Below are positions 13,611 to 25,395 of a stretch of DNA of 64,000 nucleotides, in pieces; the stretch's first letter is position 1; each line of letters starts with the position of its first letter. The DNA lies in assembly GCF_006345805.1 (NCBI RefSeq), contig NC_043008.1:5952001-6016000 (forward strand), written 5' to 3'. Source of the stretch: Octopus sinensis (lineage: Eukaryota). The notes below the pieces were generated by a model. That model had not been told where the DNA came from. It was given only the letters and a program-made list of their open reading frames with translations, and ran no database searches. The position numbers and the translations under genes are program-made.

Positions 13611-14045
13611 TGGGCCGTGACTGCTGAGGACATGCATAAGCTTGCAAGGAATGAAGCCAGTATGATCCGATGGATGTGTAATGTCAGTGTTCATACTCGA
13701 CAGAGTGTTAAGTACCTTGAGAGAGAAGTTGGACCTAAGAAGCATCAGATGTGGTGTGCAAGAGAGACGACTGCACTGGTATGGTTATGTCGTGAGAATG
13801 GATGAGGATAGCTGTGTGAAAAAGTGCCATACCCTAGTGGTTGAGGGAAACTGTGCAAGACCTAGGATGAAGTGGTGAAGCATGACCCTTGAACATTAGG
13901 CCTCACCAAGGCAATGACTAGTGACCGAGACTTTTGGAAATATGCTGTGCTTGAGAAGACCTGGCAAGCCATGTGAGACCATAACCTTGTGGCCTATGCC
14001 AGGGGTGTAACCAGCCCACTTATGCGTACCATTCCTTCATTAGAC
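13611..14045 (+). mobile_element. RTE-clade LINE fragment (ORF C-terminus + start of 3'UTR), frameshifted
   Basis: WAVTAEDMHKLARNEASMIRWMCNV; LREKLDLRSIRCGVQERRLHWYGYVVRMDEDSCVKKC. Nearly the same peptide as 57615-58076. Confidence 0.9.
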
Positions 14046-14093
14046 ACTAAATTAATGAACACATTAATACGTATGCACACTCACACACAAAAG

Positions 14094-14235
14094 TATATAC
14101 ATGCGTTTACACTTTTTACCCATCACCCCTACGAAGAAGTTAATATAGATCCATGTTGTTCAATTAATTCCAATTGACCAGCATGGATCTATATTAACTT
14201 CTTAGGGGTGACGGGTAAAAGTGCAAATGCATATA

Positions 14236-14236
<1 letters not shown>
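14094..14236. repeat. ~70-bp-arm inverted repeat (hairpin)
   Basis: 14094-14165 pairs with 14172-14236; loop aattcc. Confidence 0.9.
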
Positions 14237-14266
<30 letters not shown>

Positions 14267-14502
14267 CATACATACATGTTTGATGGTTAATTTGCTGTTA
14301 ATAATAAATAATTATTAACTTTCCCAATCTCCATTTTCTTTTTCTTCTTTTTTTTATTAGTATAAACTATACGTTTTTATATATATACATATTATTTTAA
14401 GGAAATTCCCCCCCCCCAAATACTTAGTATTGACCAGTACTTCCTTGGATGAAACCATCCCTTCATGAGGTTAGCATAACCTCTAATCGAAGTGTGTGTA
14501 TG

Positions 14503-14542
<40 letters not shown>

Positions 14543-14554
14543 CTTTTTTTAATT

Positions 14555-14800
14555 TTACCCATTTCACTCATTTGACTGTGGCCAATCTGGAGCACTGTTT
14601 TGAAGGGTTTTAGTCAAAGAAATCGACCCCATGACTTATTCTTTGTGAGCCTAGTACTTATTCTAGCGGTCTCTTTTCCCAAAACACTAAGTTACGGGGA
14701 CATAAATGTACCAACATCAGCTGTCAAGCGATGGTGGGAAAAAACACAGACAAAAAGACACACATATATATACGATGGGTTTCTTTCAGTTTTCATCTGC
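14555..14800 (-). mobile_element. SINE family A, 3' portion
   Basis: catttgactgtggcc...gcctagtacttattct...taagttacgggg...tttctttcagtttt is the reverse of the family A body and tail. Confidence 0.8.
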
Positions 14801-15232
14801 TGATAGACGTGCATGGACTGCTTTGACCAATGATGTAGTGAACCCAATAGGAACCAGCTCAAACCTTCCCAGGTGAATGCCATTACAAGGAGACAAGGCT
14901 TAGAAGAGAAACCTATAGATGTAGATGACATAATGATAATAATGAAACTGTTAACGGTATCAAGGAAAGCATTCATTTTGCGAAGTATGAAGTTGACAAT
15001 CACCTGCCCATCCAAACATTCCAGTAATAAGCTTTCTGTCTTTCATACTAAATTCTGTTTAAAACAATAAACAACAAAACACATCTCTTCCATTCACATC
15101 ATGAAAAATTTACAGTCAAAAAAATACTTAATCCACAAAATCTCTGCTGTATCTGGAAACATAAAAATGATTTAATAGCAGACTTATGTAAAAGTAATGA
15201 ATTACAATCTCCTTCTTGTACCAGTCTTGCAA

Positions 15233-15885
15233 TAGAGGGAATGTTTGGAGGCTGCCATAATTTATATAGGTGAAACCACCCACAGCATACCTAAGGGAAT
15301 GAAGGAACACTGACAAGATAATAAAGATGAGAACCCGATGCTGGTATGCTAATCATGAAAAGGATAAACATGATGGCAGGTAGAGCAATAGAGAAATAAA
15401 AATGTTATAGACAAAATAGGACAAAATCAGGATATGTAAGTTGGGTGGGGGGGGGGGTCAAGAAAAGTTTAGAAAACATAAGGCAATGAAACAAATCACG
15501 GAATAGGCTAGAAAGAATAAACAAGACAGTAAGGCAGACAGTTGGTAAAATACTGACAAGTTCTGTGGGGTTATGTTTATGGTACACCTAAAGATGAACT
15601 AGTGCATGAGAAAGCAACCAGATACATTAAATGACAGGTAAGGACATAACCATTTGATAGAACAATCTACTAATTGCTTAATATGCCAAAGATAAATTAT
15701 AAAGCTAGGAATGTAATATACCAGAGGAAATGTTTGGAGGCTGCTATAATTTATAAAGGTGAAACCACCCACAGCATACCAAAAGGAATGAAAGACTACT
15801 GGCAAGATAATAAAGATAAGAAACTTATGTTGGTATGCTAATCATACCAGGCAGAACAATAGAGATATAAAAATGTTATAGACAA
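15233..15885. repeat. local direct duplication (~180 bp and ~165 bp copies, 490 bp apart)
   Basis: atgtttggaggctgc...ggtgaaaccacccacagcatacc...aaaaatgttatagacaaa at 15233-15415 and 15723-15885. Confidence 0.85.
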
Positions 15886-16330
15886 ACACAAATGACACAA
15901 CTTTTCATCAAATAGAAGCATTCTGAGTTCAAATCCTGACTCTTCCACCAAACAACAGTAATGCTTCTGTCACCAAATTATGGTACCAGTAGTCAAAAAA
16001 TACAAAAACATTGGAAACATCGTTTCTTTGGTTCCGTCACCAGACCAACCACCCACCATTACTGTTTCACTCCAGATATGTAAATATACATTTATAAGTG
16101 TGTGTGTATACATACTAGTATGCACATGAGTGTATGAAAAGAATTATTAATCTGTATAGAACTGTTACATGCTTATATATAACATATGAGAGTAAGCAAG
16201 AAGGAGGCTCAAGGATGCACACTTGCACATATGCACACATGCACCTACAGATGTAGACATGCACAGACATACAAACAAGCACAGATATATACACAGGCAG
16301 ACACATGCATTCACATACAGACACACACTG

Positions 16331-16370
<40 letters not shown>

Positions 16371-16781
16371 CACAGACAGGACAAAAATGAACTCACACAC
16401 ACATAAACCCACCCACACAAACACACACTTGTATTAACACTGCAGAAAACAAATTTACAAGAACATAAGCCAATATAATCCAGTTTGGTTACACCTTAGC
16501 AGACCTGAGACAATCAGAATATGCCATGGATGGCAATGATAGAATTCTTATAAGCACACTAATTAACTGATCAAATGACTGGGTAATAAATAAATTAATT
16601 AATTAGTTGGCTAATAATATAAAAAAGAAATGAAATCAGACCAGTGTGTGTACTTTTATTTGCAAAATGACCCTTCCAAAACAGTAAATACACACACACT
16701 CATATATCAGCAATATCCAGGAGATATAAATGCAAGAACAAAGTAAAAATATGAACAAGCAACAAGAAAATTGGTAGAGTC

Positions 16782-16818
<37 letters not shown>

Positions 16819-17044
16819 AAGAATTAAAGGTAATGCTATGCAGCTTCATAATAATCCTTATTATCATTATTCTTAATATATGGTTGAGGTAATATATCCA
16901 AAATTATCCAATGGAATATGTCCCTAAATTCTTATCTTATGAGAATATTATTGGATTTATATATTAACTGTTGAATAACATATTTTGAATACGTAACTGA
17001 GAGCAAACCAGTAAAAACCTGGAGTAATCCCTTACTATTTACAA

Positions 17045-17074
<30 letters not shown>

Positions 17075-17075
<1 letters not shown>

Positions 17076-17165
17076 CTTATTTTTTTCTGTTAAAGAGTGT
17101 AGGCTTGAAACGGAAAAGACTTTTTCACTTTTCCGAGTGTCAAACTAATACACCTGCTTGTTGTT
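17075..17165 (+). mobile_element. family B Penelope-like fragment with degenerate hammerhead
   Basis: UUUU-CUGUUAA-A-GAGU(GUAG)GCUU-GAAAC-GGA-AAAG at 17083-17118. Confidence 0.55.
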
Positions 17166-17167
17166 CG

Positions 17168-17257
17168 GTGCAGCCTTCTGGCTTCCCAAACCCCAGTTGA
17201 ACCATCCAACCCATGCTAGCATGGAAAGCGGATGCTAAATGATGATGATGATGATGA
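17168..17257 (+). mobile_element. RTE 3' end fragment
   Basis: ccatccaacccatgctagcatggaaagcggatgctaaa followed by (TGA)n. Confidence 0.8.
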
Positions 17258-18375
17258 TATATATACATATACACACACATATATATACACACACATATAT
17301 ATACATATACACATGTATATATATATACATAAATACATACCCCCTCAAGCAGCCGCACCCTTCACTCCCATCAGGATGAAGAGGTTCAGCCACTCACCAG
17401 ACATTAATTACTTGGATATGAGTTAATGCTGATTGCGACTTTTGCCAGAATGCTAAAGAGTTAAATACCCCAAAATACATACTCCTGAAAGCAAAACTTC
17501 ACTGTTCCATTGAGTTGAAGATCCTCATAATTCCAAGGATTAAAAGAGTCAAACATTAAAATGAATGGATTCATAACCAAAGTTTTCTCTGCAATAATAT
17601 CTGCATATAATAAACTTAAAGAATACTTTAAAATAAATATAGATTATTGAAGGAGAAGGAAAGGGTCTGAGTTTAGCATGGGCTGACCACTTGATTCTTC
17701 TTGTCAGTCTCCAAACACATGCATCCTAGAAACATTAGCTGTGAAGAAGGCAGCACCAATAATAAGGAGACACGTTAAACCTGTGACAATTTTGTAGATA
17801 TAGACAAATGAAAGATTTATAAAAATTTTCTACTTCCATAAAGAAAAGAACATTTTAAGGAGATTCTTACCCAGACCTTTCCTGCCTGGTGTCAACATCT
17901 TTAACCAAAGTGTCAGAAATGACAGAACTCAAGAAGAAGTGCTATGGTTAGACAATCTTTAATGTATGTGGACAACAAAAGTGTTTTGTTGTAGATGACA
18001 ATAACCCGAAAACTCTGTTACAGATGATTGATAGGTTTGTTAGAGAAATTAATTTGAGATTCTGATAAGGAACCTGGATCAAGGAACCACAAATAGCAGA
18101 AAATAAATTATGAATGTTAAAATCATGTCAGATAAAGAAACAGATATGAAAGAATTGTAACAAATTCAGACTTATAAATAAGTAGGAATCAATGAAGACA
18201 CAGTATAACTCAAAGACAGAAGAAAAGATTAAGTAGGAAAATTTTATAGACACATTAGATTAAGATGTAAAAACAACTAAATATATTATGTAATTTTATA
18301 GATGCTGATACTCTGGCTGTTCAGTCAACAAGTTGTAGATACAATATTTTCAACCAAATGCTAAATGATCTAGGA

Positions 18376-18531
18376 ACCAATAAAAATCCTTGTAATACCA
18401 AAGATGAACTGAAGGCAAAGATTATGGCAGCATTCACCAACTTAAACAAGGAGAGCATCTAGAAGAGTTGCAGGAGATTCCAAAGTCGTCTGGAGGTCAT
18501 GGTTGAAACCAATGGCAATTTTATTAAATAC
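18376..18531 (+). pseudogene. Tc1/mariner-superfamily transposase C-terminal remnant
   Basis: Manual translation: TNKNPCNTKDELKAKIMAAFTNLNKESI*KSCRRFQSRLEVMVETNGNFIK. Matches the typical ...ELK..I...W..L....I...C..F..RL..V....G..F end; one stop. Confidence 0.7.
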
Positions 18532-18826
18532 ATTTACTCTTTAGTATTTTAAGACGTTTTAAAGTAATTTTAGTAAATATATCTGTTAAAATGAGATGTC
18601 AGTGTTAATTTTATTTTTGTATGATTTAGATGACAAAAAACAATGACTATTTTTAAGACACCCTTTGAAAAAATTTTAAATGCAAAGTTATACATTTCCC
18701 CAATGAAAACAAAAGGAGATAGGAACTTAAGTAACTTAAATTAATTAGAAATATTGACCCTAGCACTACAGAAATAAAAAATAAGAATTATTTGAAATCT
18801 AATATAAACACTATAGAATACAAACA

Positions 18827-18864
<38 letters not shown>

Positions 18865-19190
18865 CGTGCCAGTGGCACGTAAAAAGCACTATTTGAGTGT
18901 GGTCATTGCCAGTGCTGCCTGATTGACTCCTGTGCCGGTGGCACATAAAAAGCAACAATCAAGTGTGATCGATGCCACTACCACGAGATTGGCCCTCATG
19001 CCGGTGGCATGTAAAAAGCACCCCCTACACTCTCGCAGTGGTTGGCGTCAAGAAGGGAACCCAGCTGTACAAACTTAGCCAGATTAGATTGGCACCTGGT
19101 ACAGCCTACTGGCTTGCCAGTCCTCAGTCAAACCATCCAACCCATGCCAGCATGGAAAGCGGATGTTAAACGTTGATGATAATGATGATG
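18865..19190 (+). mobile_element. RTE 3' end fragment
   Basis: gtgccagtggcacgtaaaaagcac subrepeats, then ccatgccagcatggaaagcggatgttaaacg and (GAT)n. Confidence 0.8.
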
Positions 19191-19230
19191 AAGATTATAT
19201 ATTTATTTATATATATATATGTATATATAT

Positions 19231-19378
19231 ATAGGGAGAATTCACAAAAGAATCCCAAAAGACGAAGACTGGTGGTGTAGACAGATGAATTAGTATAACG
19301 GGAAATGAAACAGTCTTTAATGTTTAGAGCCTACGCTCTTCCACAGAAAGGAACACAGAAAGAAACAAGGAAAGAAAC
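19231..19378 (-). mobile_element. family B Penelope-like fragment with degenerate hammerhead
   Basis: Minus 19315-19351: CCUUU-CUGUGGA-A-GAGC(GUAG)GCUC-UAAAC-AUU-AAAG. Confidence 0.55.
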
Positions 19379-19432
<54 letters not shown>

Positions 19433-19505
19433 GTTTATGAATTTAATTGGGAAAATAAGATCATCCCAATATAACAATATAATGTGTGTATATATATAAA
19501 TATAA

Positions 19506-19542
<37 letters not shown>

Positions 19543-19546
<4 letters not shown>

Positions 19547-19925
19547 TGGTGAAGCACGACCTTCAGACATTGCGCCTCACCAAGGCGATGACAAGTGACT
19601 GAGACCTCTGTAGATATGTTATGCTTGAGAAGACCTGGCAAGCCGAGTGAGACTGTAACCGTGGCCTCTGCCAGTGCAGCATAACCAGCCCGTTTAAGAA
19701 CACCCTTCAATCATTGGGCAATAAACTGCACTTGCAAAGGCTGTTGAGCCAAGTGAAGTTGTTGTCATGGTCGATGCCAGAGCCCCCTGACTGGTCCTGT
19801 GTCAGTGGCACATAAAAAGCACCATTCGAGAGTGGTTGATGCCAGTGCTGGCTGACTGGCTCCCGTGCTGGTGGCATATAAAAAGCACCAGCTGCACAAT
19901 CAGAGTGGTTGGCATTAGGAACTCG
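19543..19925 (+). mobile_element. RTE fragment: last ORF codons plus 3'UTR
   Basis: ggtggtgaagcacgaccttcagacattg...gcttgagaagacctggcaagcc, homologous to 13870-13990 and 57615-57720. Confidence 0.75.
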
Positions 19926-19959
19926 TGTGTTCCTTTACAACCTTCTACGTACGTTCATA

Positions 19960-19997
19960 TGTATGTACACACACACACACAACACACACACACACAC

Positions 19998-20033
<36 letters not shown>

Positions 20034-20060
20034 ACACACACACACCACACACACACACAC

Positions 20061-20103
<43 letters not shown>

Positions 20104-20180
20104 TACATACATACATACATACATACATACATACATACATACATACATACATACATACATACATACATACATACATACAT
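19960..20180. repeat. (CA)n + (CATA)n microsatellite
   Basis: Directly visible. Confidence 0.95.
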
Positions 20181-20452
20181 GGTTAGGGCAGTTGTAGGAT
20201 TGCGGTTTCGATCCCCAGACCAGGTGTTGTGAGTGTTTATTGAGTGAAAACACCTAAAGGTCCACAAGGCTCCGGCAGGGTGGTGGTGGCGATCCCTGCT
20301 GTACTCTTTCGCCACAACTTTCTCTCACTCTTTCTTCTGTTGGCCTGCTCGCTTAGCCAGCAGGGTGGTGTCATTTGCTGGCTAAAACAATGCGAAGCGC
20401 ATTGTGACCAGTGATATGTAGCAACATCTGATAGCCTGGTCGGTCACGTGAT
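20181..20452 (+). mobile_element. probable tRNA-derived SINE, family C (single copy here)
   Basis: ggttagggcag...ggtttcgatcccc is a B-box-like head. A GC-richer body follows and ends ggtcggtcacgtgat next to (TA)n. Family assignment from memory only. Confidence 0.5.
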
Positions 20453-20466
20453 TATATATATATATA

Positions 20467-22249
20467 TCATCATCATCATCATCATCATCATTTAGCGTCC
20501 GTTTTCCATGCTAGCATGAGTTGGACGGTTCAACTGGGGTCTGGGGAGCCCGAAGGCTGCACCAGGCCAGTCAGATCTGGCAGTCTTTCTACAGCTGGAT
20601 GCCCTTCCTAACGCCAACCACTCCGAGAGTGTAGTGGATGATTTTATGTGCCACCGACACAGGTGCCAGATGAGGCTGGCGAACGGCCACGCTCGGATGG
20701 TGTATGTGTTTTTATGTGCCACCGACACAGGTGCCAGACGAGGCTGGCAGACGGCCATGCTCGGATGGTGTTGTTTATGTGCCACCGACACAGGTGCCAG
20801 ATGAGGCTGGCGGACGGCCACGATCGGATGGTGTTTGTTACGTCCCCAAAGCACGGAGGCCAGTCTATGCGGTACTGGCTACGGCCACGTTCGGATGATT
20901 TTCTTGTGTGCCACCGGCACTGGTACCACAAAGATACAAATTCCATTGATGTTCATCTATTTTGATTTGTTTTGATTTGATTTGATTTTCACTTGCCTCA
21001 ACAGGTCTTCACAAGTGTCACAAGAAGGAAGGTATGCACAGGTGGACTGACTACGTCCCAGGTAGGGGCCACGGGTTATGGCCTGACTAGTCTTGCTGGG
21101 TCTTCGGTTGGTGTTTTTATGTGCCACCGACACAGGTGCCAGATGAGGCTGGCGGACGGCCACGATCAGATGGTGTTTGTTATGTGCCCACATCACAGAG
21201 GCCAGTCGATGCGGTACTGGCTACGGCCACGTTCGGATGGTTTTCTTGTGTGCCACCGGCACTGGTACCACAAAGATACAAATTCATTGATGTTCATCTA
21301 TTGATTTGTTTTGATTTGATTGATTTGATTTTCACTTGCCTCAACAGGTCTTCACAAGTGTCACAAGAAGGAAGGTATGCACAGGTGGACTGACTACGTC
21401 CCAGGTAGGGGCCACGGGTTATGGCCTGACTAGTCTTGCTGGGTCTTCGGTTGGTGTTTTTATGTGCCACCGACACAGGTGCCAGATGAGGCTGGCGGAT
21501 GGCCACGATCAGATGGTGTTTGTTATGTGCCCACATCACAGAGGCCAGTCGATGCGGTACTGGCTACGGCCACGTTCGGATGGTTTTCTTGTGTGCCACC
21601 GGCACTGGTACCACAAAGATACAAATTCCATTGATGTTCATCTATTTTGATTTGTTTTGATTTGATTTGATTTTCACTTGCCTCAACAGGTCTTCACAAG
21701 TGTCACAAGAAGGAAGGTATGCACAGGTGGACTGACTACGTCCCAGGTAGGGGCCACGGGTAATGGCCTGACTAGTCTTGCTGGGTCTTCGGTTGGTGTT
21801 TTTATGTGCCACCGACACAGGTGCCAGATGAGGCTGGCGGACGGCCACGATCAGATGGTGTTTGTTATGTGCTCACATCACAGAGGCCAGTCGATGCGGT
21901 ACTAGCTACGGCCACGTTTGGATGGTTTTCTTGTGTGCCACCGGCACTGGTACCACAAAGATACAAATTCCATTGATGTTCATCTATTTTGATTTGTTTT
22001 GATTTGATTTGATTTTCACTTGCCTCAACAGGTCTTCACAAGTGTCACAAGAAGGAAGATATGCACAGGTGGACTGACTACGTCGCCGGGTCTTCGGATG
22101 GTGTTTTTATGTGCCACCGACACAGGTGCCAGATGTGGCTGGCGAACGGCCACGATCGGATGGTTTTCTTGTGTGCCACCGGTACTGGAACCACAAAGAT
22201 ACAAATTCCATTGATGTTCATCTATTTTGATTTGGTTTGATTTTTGGTT

Positions 22250-22251
<2 letters not shown>
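20467..22251 (-). mobile_element. RTE-clade 3' end with a tandem array of ~342-bp units, inserted in (TA)n
   Basis: (ATG)n tail at 20467-20490. Marker gatacaaattcc recurs at 20933, 21275, 21618, 21960, 22198 (periods 342, 343, 342, 238). Confidence 0.9.
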
Positions 22252-22291
<40 letters not shown>

Positions 22292-23235
22292 GTATATATA
22301 TATACACATGTATATATTCATTTATATACATTGGTTAGTCTGGAGCCATAGTGGAATGCACTTGTTCTCACAAAGGAATTAAACCCTGAACCATGTGGTT
22401 GGGGAGCAAGCTTCTTACCACAGTCACATGTGTGTCAATAAACATGCACACGTCTTCCCAGGGTACTATAAGTTCAATCACAAGTATTGCTTTTGCACTC
22501 CTCGATCACAGGAACATGTCTAGTTATCACAATTTCCTCTCGTTAAATGATTTTCTCCTTCAGGTCCATTTAAATCTTCCAGTCTAAGGCTGGTTGAAAA
22601 ATAGGAAACAAGTCCCCTCAATTCTTCTAGCCTTATGAGCCTTGTTACTTTCCCTTAGGAATCTGATACCCATAGGTGGTGATGGATGATATTTGTTGGT
22701 CTTAATTCTCTGCAGGTCCAGCCATTTGGCAATTTCTGTAAGGACCCGGTCATCTCTGTTTGTATTGACCGTTTTCTTATGCTCTGAGCATTTGACCAAA
22801 AACATGTTCCCCCAATATGATCACTTGACATTATTAAAATGACAGTAAAATCTCGGAAAAATAATTTTTTTTTACAAAATTTCAAATTTTTAAATCAACC
22901 ATTCTGCAAAAATCAAAATTTTGAAATTATTTTTTTGGCAGAATTGTAAAATCTGAATTTTTCCAGTAAAATTATCGTAAGTGTTTAGAAAAAAGTGGAA
23001 AATTCAAAATTTGGAGAGGTGGGTACTTGAAACTTTGAAAAACTGTTTTTGGAGATTAAATGCAATCTTCAATGTTGAATGCATACAATTCCACAGAAAT
23101 TTTTGAAAAAAAAGAAAAAGAAACAATAAAACTTGTAGTATTAGACAGGTTTGTCTCAGTTTTTTCCATCTGTTTACACTCACTAATTGCTTTTACAGGC
23201 TGTCACTTGTTTGCTCAAATATTACAGTTTATTTC

Positions 23236-23301
<66 letters not shown>

Positions 23302-23319
23302 ATATATATATACATACAT

Positions 23320-23356
<37 letters not shown>

Positions 23357-23382
23357 TACATATATATATAAAAGGGGTAAAG

Positions 23383-23628
23383 ACCCCCTTCGGTCATGAA
23401 TGACCATGGGATTGCACCTAGAAAGTTACCCTCCTAGACACAAGTCGGGCAAGGTTGTTTATGGAAGACCAGCAGTCGCCCATGCATACCAGCCTCCCCT
23501 CTCCACGCCACCAGTGTTATCCAAGGGAAAGACAAAGGTCGATACAGCTTGGCACCAGTGACGTCGCAACTCATTTCTACAGCTGAGTGAACTGGAGCAA
23601 CGTGAAATAAAGTGTTTTGCTCGAGAAC
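23383..23628 (-). mobile_element. SINE with CORE-like central segment (5'-truncated)
   Basis: Minus: ctcgagcaaaacactttatttcacgttgctccagttcactcagctgtagaaatgagt. Same segment follows the tRNA head at 44322-44470. Embedded in (TA)n. Confidence 0.65.
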
Positions 23629-23684
23629 ACACATATATATATTATATATATATATATATATATACATACATACATACATACATA

Positions 23685-23729
<45 letters not shown>

Positions 23730-24372
23730 TATATACATACATATATATATATATATATACATATATATATACATATGTGTATGTTTGTATACAGCAGTGA
23801 ATACAAGCATAAACAAAACACACACACACCATTGGTATGAGTGTGTGTGCGTGTACATACACACACACACACATACATATAGAGATGCACATGCAAATAT
23901 AAGTACAGTTTAATGCCCCAGTGATATTCCTCAAATTTGACCGTTTGTCACCCATAAATATTTTTCTGCTGAATCAATTTTGATGCAGTTTTCAGTATTA
24001 GGTTCCTCTCATTTATATTGCTTAAGAAAGCTTAATTATACCTACTGATTGTTTAAAGTAATAGAGATACGATGGCTTAAAGACAAATTATCCATTGCAG
24101 TAATTGTATAAGAGTTATATTTGCCTAAAGAAGTGCATCGTAGACAACAACAATAGTGCAAAAAAAAAAGGGGACAATTGTTTGCTTCACAAGCTTTACA
24201 TTTTTACATGTGAAAGAGGTGCCACTTATAATTATTCTACAGAACTAAACACTAGAATGGCAAGAAAACAAAAACAACAACACAAAGTCAAATGCATAAC
24301 TAAATCTACCTGAGGAAGAAGGCAATGAAGATTTTAGTGAACAAATGAAAGAAGAATATATTTGAAATACTC

Positions 24373-24766
24373 AGGCACAAGAGTGGCTGTGTGGCAAGTA
24401 GCTTGCTTACCGACCACATGGTTCCAGGTTCAGTCTCACTGTGTGGCACCTTGGGCAAGTGTCTTCTACTATAGCCTCGGGCCGACCAAAGCCTTATGAG
24501 TGGATTTGGTAGACGGAAACTGAAAGAAGCTCGTCGTATATATGTATATATATATGTGTGTGTGTGTGTATGTGTTTGTCCCCACAACATTGCTTGACAA
24601 CTGATGTTGGTGCATTTACGTCCCTGTAACTTAGTGGTTCGGCAAAAGAGTCCAATAGAATAAGTACTAGGCTTACAAAGAATAAGTACTGAGGTCGTCT
24701 TGCTCGACTAAAGGTGGTGCTCCAGCATGGCCACAGTCATATGACTGAAACAAGTAAAAGAGTAAA
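24373..24766 (+). mobile_element. SINE family A, full length
   Basis: Head, body, internal microsatellite and tail all align with 9690-10106. Confidence 0.9.
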
Positions 24767-25356
24767 TAAGTTTCCTTGCAAACAGTAACTGTAATGACAA
24801 CAACAGCAGCAGTAGTAATTCTTATATGATTTCAAATATTGATATTCTATTCAGAGAGTTGCTGTATGATGGCAAACCTTCCTTCAACACAAAATGAAGA
24901 AACAGAATTTCTAGATCTGTCATGGTTACAAGAAAAAAGTCAGTGGAAGAATTTCATAAAATCCAACAGCATTCATTGGTGAAATGACCATCCCCAAATA
25001 TACCAACAGCATTTCTTCACCACATGAGATTGTCTAAGAGAAGGCAAAGAGAAAAATTATGCAGCTCTGCTTATGTAAAAGTAGGAAAGAATTAAAATCT
25101 CTCTCACATCAAGTAATACAACAGGTTCTCCATGACTTATCAGAAGTTCTCTCAAATGTGAAAAGCAAAATGTTATGGTACTATCTGTTGTACCTTAAGA
25201 ACTGAAGATAGACTACAACTGCCAGGCATATGTCTGACTAAACATTTGTGGTTCAGTACATGGACTGAAGAAACACCAAGCAATATGCGACATTGGACAA
25301 GATGCAAATCCATGGTTGGCAGTGTATTTCGTGTTACAGCAAAAAAAAAAAAAAGA

Positions 25357-25395
<39 letters not shown>

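Noticed and set aside
17650-18300. Possible R4/Dong-like RT relic (YK*VGINEDTV...FYRHIRL)
   Set aside because: Only one weak motif amid many stops; cannot be supported without a profile search.
20985-21010. CUGUUGA-GGCAAGU-GAAAAUC on the minus strand once per 342-bp unit, as a retrozyme hammerhead
   Set aside because: Stem II has at most one wobble pair and the downstream AAAUC cannot pair with upstream GAAGAC, so stem I is absent.
20644-22214. Regularly spaced repeats as a CRISPR array, or the repeated CHRHRCQ ORFs as a repeat protein
   Set aside because: Eukaryotic context, no unique spacers, and units are RTE 3' sequence. The ORFs are off-frame or antisense readings.
22584-22885. ORFs with faint similarity to a CR1 endonuclease start (CFWSNAQSIRKR)
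   Set aside because: Similarity too weak and no further EN motifs.
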